A stretch of DNA of 64,000 bases from an uncultured Planctomycetia bacterium (lineage in GTDB: Bacteria > Omnitrophota > Gorgyraeia > 2-02-FULL-51-18), in assembly GCA_964642015.1 (NCBI GenBank), contig CAZXLF010000002.1:159678-223677 (forward strand), read 5' to 3'. The notes beneath the pieces are model-generated. The model made no database searches. It saw only the letters and a program-made list of their open reading frames with translations, and was not told where the DNA came from. Of this stretch, positions 59,925 through 64,000 are shown one piece after another (position 1 is the stretch's first letter; the number at the start of each line of letters is the position of its first letter). The translations under genes and the position numbers were made by a program.

Positions 59925-60262
59925 TCGAAGAGCGTTATCTCGACATTCACGAAGCTGCGGAGATCCTCGATGTTGGCGAGCCGGAGCTCTGGGAGTTGAT
60001 CCACAAGCACCAGATCCCGACGCATAACATTGCTGGCGCTTTTTTAAGGTTCAAAAAAGAAGATATCGAAGAGCTTAAGATCAAATGGAGAATCGAAAGG
60101 GAATTATTCCCGAAAAGACAGACATCCTTTGTTCATGAAAGCACCGTGGGCAAAGCGGGTTTTATCGATAAGATCAGGGACTTCTGGTATTTCAATGATT
60201 TTTATATCTTATGTTCCGTGCTTATCGTCGTGCTTTTATATTTTATCGCCGCCTCCCAATAG
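59897..60262 (+). CDS. Excisionase-type HTH protein with C-terminal transmembrane anchor
   Basis: 'YLDIHEAAEILDVGEPELWELIHKHQIPTHNIAGAFLRFKKEDIEELKIKW' (HTH_17-like), then TM helix 'FYILCSVLIVVLLYFIAA'. Overlaps the bactofilin gene by 28 nt. Confidence 0.5.
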   Translation: MDSQRQDHLVEERYLDIHEAAEILDVGEPELWELIHKHQIPTHNIAGAFLRFKKEDIEELKIKWRIERELFPKRQTSFVHESTVGKAGFIDKIRDFWYFNDFYILCSVLIVVLLYFIAASQ

Positions 60263-60366
60263 GAAAATATCAACTTAACCTCATTTAAGAAAATTTCATA
60301 CTTCGTTACAATTCAAAAAGTTTAAATGATAAAGTTCAATCCACACAAAATCACTGATCACCGGTC

Positions 60367-63093
60367 ATGAAAGTCATTCTGGTTGACGGACATTCATTCT
60401 GCTACCGCGCATTCTATGCGATACGCGAATTGAGGAACTCCAAGGGCCAGCCGACCAATGCGGTCTATGGTTTCATTACCATGCTTGAAAAATTGATCAA
60501 AGACATAGACCCTGACGGTGTCGCTGTAACGTTTGACATGAAAGGGCCCACGTTCCGACACAAACGTTATGACCAATACAAGATACAGCGGCCACCGATG
60601 CCCGAAGACCTGGTCCCGCAGATACCGATCATTAAAGAAGTTGTCGAGGCGATGAATATCCCGGTCTTTGAGAAAGAAGGTTATGAAGCCGATGATGTGA
60701 TCGCGACCATTGCTAAAAAACTTGAAGCGACGGGCCATGAAGCTTATATCGTGACCGGTGATAAGGATGCGCTTCAGCTGGTCAATAAAAAGATCCGTGT
60801 TTTGAACCCTCAAAAAGAAAATTTGATCTACGACGAAGCCGGCGTGAAAAAAAGATTCGGCGTGGGTCCCAAACAGGTCGTTGAGATCATGGCGCTGATG
60901 GGAGACGCGTCGGACAATATTCCCGGTGTTCCCGGCATCGGAGATAAGACGGCAAGCAAGCTCATTGTGGAATTCGGTTCGCTTGAAGGGGTTTTGAAAA
61001 ATATATCCAAGATCAAAGGCGATAAGCTTAAGGAAAATCTGGAAACTTACAAGGACCAAGCACGGCTATCAAGAGAGCTCGCCGAGATCGATACGCAGGT
61101 GCCGATCGATGTCAGTGTGGAAAAATTAAAACGCCGCGAACCGAACACCGAAAAACTGGCGGCGATTTATCAGGAGCTTGAATTTAGAACCCTACTTAAA
61201 AATCTTCCGGCTGCGGAGGAGAAGAATGCGGATGACAGTGATCTCGCTTATCATTTGGTCCAGGATAGAAAATCTTTTGATACGCTGAAAGATAAACTTT
61301 CGAAACAAAAGTCCTGGGCTTTTGATTTTGAAACAACGGGGACCGATCCGCTGACTGCTGAGCCGATCGGGATCTCATTTTCTTTCAAAGATAAAGAAGC
61401 GTTCTACGTGAGGTTCTCCAGAGAAAAAAAGATACATGATCTGGCCAGAACCGACAAAGATTCTAAGGCTGTCAGGGATGCTTCTCTGACCGCTGAACAT
61501 TGTTTGGGCGCCATCAAAGATCTTTTTGAAGATCAGAAAATAAAAAAGATCGGCCAGAATTTAAAATATGAGACGATGATTTTGAAAAATTTTGGGATCG
61601 AGCTTCAAGGGATATATTTCGACACGATGGTGGCTTCGTATTGCCTTAATCCGGCCAAACCGAACCACAATCTTGACGATATCGCGATGGAACATTTAGG
61701 TTTGCGGATCACACCTATTACGGATCTGATCGGCACCGGAAAAAGCCAGATCTCGATGGAAGATGTGGATATTGAGTGTCTTTATAAATATGGCTGTCAG
61801 GACAGCGATGTGACACTGCGGCTTTCCAAGATTTTAAGCAAAAAACTTGACGAAAAAGACCTGGATGAATTGTTCCATGATATCGAAATGCCGCTGGTTT
61901 CTATTTTGGCGGATATGGAATGCGCCGGTGTTGCGATCGACAAAAAACTATTAAGCGAGCTTTCCGCGGAAATGGAAAAGGGCCTCAACGCTCTTACGCG
62001 CAAGATATTCAAGGAAGCGGGCAAGGAATTCAACATCAATTCACCCAAACAGCTGGCTGAGATTTTATTTGAACATTTAAGGCTTCCTGTGGTAAAAAAG
62101 ACCAAGACTGGGGCATCTACCGATGTCGAGGTTTTACAAGAGCTTGCCGAAATCCATTCTCTCCCGAAAGAAATATTAAAATTCAGAGAACTTTCGAAGC
62201 TGAAATCCACTTATGTAGATGCTCTTCCGCTCTTAGTCAATCCAAAGACCAAGCGAGTGCACACTTCTTTTAACCAAACGGTAACGGCGACCGGACGGCT
62301 TTCGTCCAGCGACCCGAATGTTCAAAATATACCGGTCAGGACCGAAGAAGGGCGTAAGATCAGAAGGGCATTTATAGCCGGGTCTAAAGAATCGACGTTG
62401 GTCTCGGCGGATTATTCCCAGATCGAGCTTAGAGTGTTGGCGCATCTTTCGGAAGACAAGAACCTCATTCAGGCGTTTAAAGAAGGCGCGGATATTCACC
62501 GCTATACGGCGAGTCTGATATTCAACCTCGATATGAAGGATGTGACCGAGTCGATGAGGGATTCGGCGAAGACTGTGAACTTCGGCGTGCTTTACGGCAT
62601 GGGCGCTTTCAGTTTGGCAAAGAGCCTGCATATTACGAATGAAGCAGCGAGCGATTTTATCAAGTCTTACTTTGAACGTTATCCGATAGTAAAAAAATAT
62701 TTGGACGAAACGCTGGAGAAAGCCAGAAAAGACGGTTATGTATCGACTTATTTTAAGCGGCGCCGTTATATCCCGGAGATCTTGTCCAAAGATATCCGCA
62801 TGAAAAAGTTCGCTGAGCGCACAGCGATCAATATGCCGATCCAGGGAACGGCCAGTGATATCATTAAGATCGCGATGCGCCAAATCGCCGAAAAGTTGTC
62901 GAAAGAGAAATTTTCTTCCAAGATGATCCTGCAAGTGCATGACGAACTTTTATTTGAAGTGTCAAAGTCCGAATTAAAGGATCTCGTATCCATGGCAACC
63001 CATGAAATGCAGGAAGCGGTGTCGTTCAAAGTGCCGATAAAGGTTTCTGTGAAAGCAGGACCTAACTGGCTGGACATGGAAGACATTAAATAA
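60367..63093 (+). CDS. polA: DNA polymerase I
   Basis: 5'-nuclease N-terminus 'ILVDGHSFCYRAFYA'. 3'-5' exonuclease motif 'DFETTG'. Polymerase motifs 'DYSQIELR', 'KTVNFGVLYG', 'QVHDEL'. Confidence 0.95.
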   Translation: MKVILVDGHSFCYRAFYAIRELRNSKGQPTNAVYGFITMLEKLIKDIDPDGVAVTFDMKGPTFRHKRYDQYKIQRPPMPEDLVPQIPIIKEVVEAMNIPVFEKEGYEADDVIATIAKKLEATGHEAYIVTGDKDALQLVNKKIRVLNPQKENLIYDEAGVKKRFGVGPKQVVEIMALMGDASDNIPGVPGIGDKTASKLIVEFGSLEGVLKNISKIKGDKLKENLETYKDQARLSRELAEIDTQVPIDVSVEKLKRREPNTEKLAAIYQELEFRTLLKNLPAAEEKNADDSDLAYHLVQDRKSFDTLKDKLSKQKSWAFDFETTGTDPLTAEPIGISFSFKDKEAFYVRFSREKKIHDLARTDKDSKAVRDASLTAEHCLGAIKDLFEDQKIKKIGQNLKYETMILKNFGIELQGIYFDTMVASYCLNPAKPNHNLDDIAMEHLGLRITPITDLIGTGKSQISMEDVDIECLYKYGCQDSDVTLRLSKILSKKLDEKDLDELFHDIEMPLVSILADMECAGVAIDKKLLSELSAEMEKGLNALTRKIFKEAGKEFNINSPKQLAEILFEHLRLPVVKKTKTGASTDVEVLQELAEIHSLPKEILKFRELSKLKSTYVDALPLLVNPKTKRVHTSFNQTVTATGRLSSSDPNVQNIPVRTEEGRKIRRAFIAGSKESTLVSADYSQIELRVLAHLSEDKNLIQAFKEGADIHRYTASLIFNLDMKDVTESMRDSAKTVNFGVLYGMGAFSLAKSLHITNEAASDFIKSYFERYPIVKKYLDETLEKARKDGYVSTYFKRRRYIPEILSKDIRMKKFAERTAINMPIQGTASDIIKIAMRQIAEKLSKEKFSSKMILQVHDELLFEVSKSELKDLVSMATHEMQEAVSFKVPIKVSVKAGPNWLDMEDIK

Positions 63094-63116
63094 ATTTAGG
63101 ATCAGCGGGAGTCGAC

Positions 63117-64000
63117 ATTAAAGTTTTATTTTGCGCAAGCGAAGTGGTGCCGTTCGCGAAGACGGGCGGGTTGGCCGATGTGGCGGGCGCTTTGCCTTTG
63201 GAATTAGGCAAGCTCGGCGTTGAAACGCTGATCATGATGCCGCGCTACAGAGGTTTAAAAGGCCAGGTGAAGAAGCTCTCTGAAAATGTGAGCATCCGTT
63301 TCATTGAAAATGAGGCGTTTTTTAACCGTGCCGGCATCTATGGCAATGATAAAGGCGATTATCCTGATAATCTGGAAAGATTTTCCTTCTTTTGCTATCA
63401 GTCTCTGGCTGTGGCCAAAGAAATCGGCTTTAAGCCGGACATTGTGCATGTCAATGATTGGCAGACTTCGCTGATCGCGGTGCTACTTAAAACGAAATTT
63501 GCCAATGACCCGTTCTTTGAAAAAGCAAGGTCGTTTCTTACGATCCACAACTTGGCGTATCAAGGTATATTTTCGCACCGCTCATTTGCCGCGCTTCAAG
63601 TGGACCCCAAACTTTATTCGATCGACGGTTTTGAGTTTTACGGCAAGACCAATTTGCTGAAGGCCGGCATTCTATACGCCGATGCGATCGGCACGGTGAG
63701 TCCGACTTATGCGAGAGAGATGCAGACGAAGGAATTCGGTTTTGCCTTGGAAGGCGTGGTCAAAAAAAGATGCCATCATTTAACGGGTATTTTGAACGGT
63801 ATTGATACTGAAATATGGGATCCGGAGAAAGACAAATTGATCAAGAAACGCTATTCTGCCGCGACGCTTCAAGGAAAAGCGGTCAATAAGGCCGAACTTC
63901 AGCGGGCCAGCGGTTTCGATATCGATCCGGACGTGCCTGTATTTGGAATGGTGACGCGTCTGGCTGAACAGAAAGGATTGGAAATGTTCGCGGAGATCGC
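63117..64000 (+). CDS. glgA: Glycogen synthase, 5' partial (runs off window)
   Basis: 'KVLFCASEVVPFAKTGGLADVAGALP' is the GlgA N-terminal signature. There is no in-frame ATG/GTG/TTG between the polA stop and this motif; the start may be ATT (63117) or another non-canonical codon. Confidence 0.8.
   Translation, partial: MKVLFCASEVVPFAKTGGLADVAGALPLELGKLGVETLIMMPRYRGLKGQVKKLSENVSIRFIENEAFFNRAGIYGNDKGDYPDNLERFSFFCYQSLAVAKEIGFKPDIVHVNDWQTSLIAVLLKTKFANDPFFEKARSFLTIHNLAYQGIFSHRSFAALQVDPKLYSIDGFEFYGKTNLLKAGILYADAIGTVSPTYAREMQTKEFGFALEGVVKKRCHHLTGILNGIDTEIWDPEKDKLIKKRYSAATLQGKAVNKAELQRASGFDIDPDVPVFGMVTRLAEQKGLEMFAEI

Noticed and set aside
60394-61059. 221-aa and 235-aa (62233..62940) minus-strand ORFs
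   Set aside because: Both are antisense within polA; no independent signals.
1-64000. Search for CRISPR arrays, tRNA/rRNA genes, IS elements or integrases
   Set aside because: No repeat-spacer periodicity, no cloverleaf-compatible intergenic segments (the longest spacers were examined by eye), no transposase/integrase-like ORFs. None reported.

Overview
Gene-dense bacterial chromosomal window of about 47% GC with almost everything on the + strand. Many adjacent genes overlap by 4-30 nt, so these are translationally coupled operons. An LptD gene indicates a diderm organism; the lineage cannot be fixed from the sequence alone. In window order the content is: (1) a type II secretion (T2SS)-like pseudopilin operon (gspF 3' end, an embedded HExxH peptidase MA-like gene, gspG, minor pseudopilins, GspK/L/M-like), followed by a convergent TPR lipoprotein and a periplasmic cyclophilin; (2) housekeeping genes (LysM-amidase lipoprotein, Sua5/TsaC, purC), a tandem pair of secreted paralogs, an AI-2E transporter, thioesterase, redoxin, SGNH hydrolase, Trm112-methyltransferase fusion and a RibD_C reductase; (3) a roughly 0.8 kb AT-rich insert carrying a single orphan gene just upstream of miaB; (4) miaB, a SPOR protein, miaA, hflX, then a textbook heat-shock locus (sigma70-like promoter, CIRCE, hrcA-grpE-dnaK, an odd 300-bp AT-rich spacer, dnaJ); (5) FmdB/VanZ/DUF1015, GT2, accD, an orphan sugar-ABC ATPase, two tandem membrane GAF-GGDEF cyclases, ROK glucokinase, lptD and an envelope-glycan nucleotide-sugar cluster (ugd, rmlA-like, rfbB, rfbD, epimerase, UDP-xylose synthase, GT2); (6) a YyaL thioredoxin-domain protein, transaldolase, pgi, crcB-DUF190, rfbC, RNase D, a small unannotated glycine-zipper lipoprotein, gatCAB, ctp, yibQ, tsaD; (7) a bactofilin fused to an excisionase-type HTH plus an HTH-TM partner immediately upstream of polA, and the 5' end of glgA. 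No rRNA, tRNA, CRISPR array, transposase or integrase is recognisable. The most unusual items are the DNA-binding bactofilin pair, the AT-rich orphan (possible HEPN-like Rx5H motif), the metallopeptidase embedded between gspF and gspG, the tandem DUF4382-like paralogs and the dnaK-dnaJ spacer.
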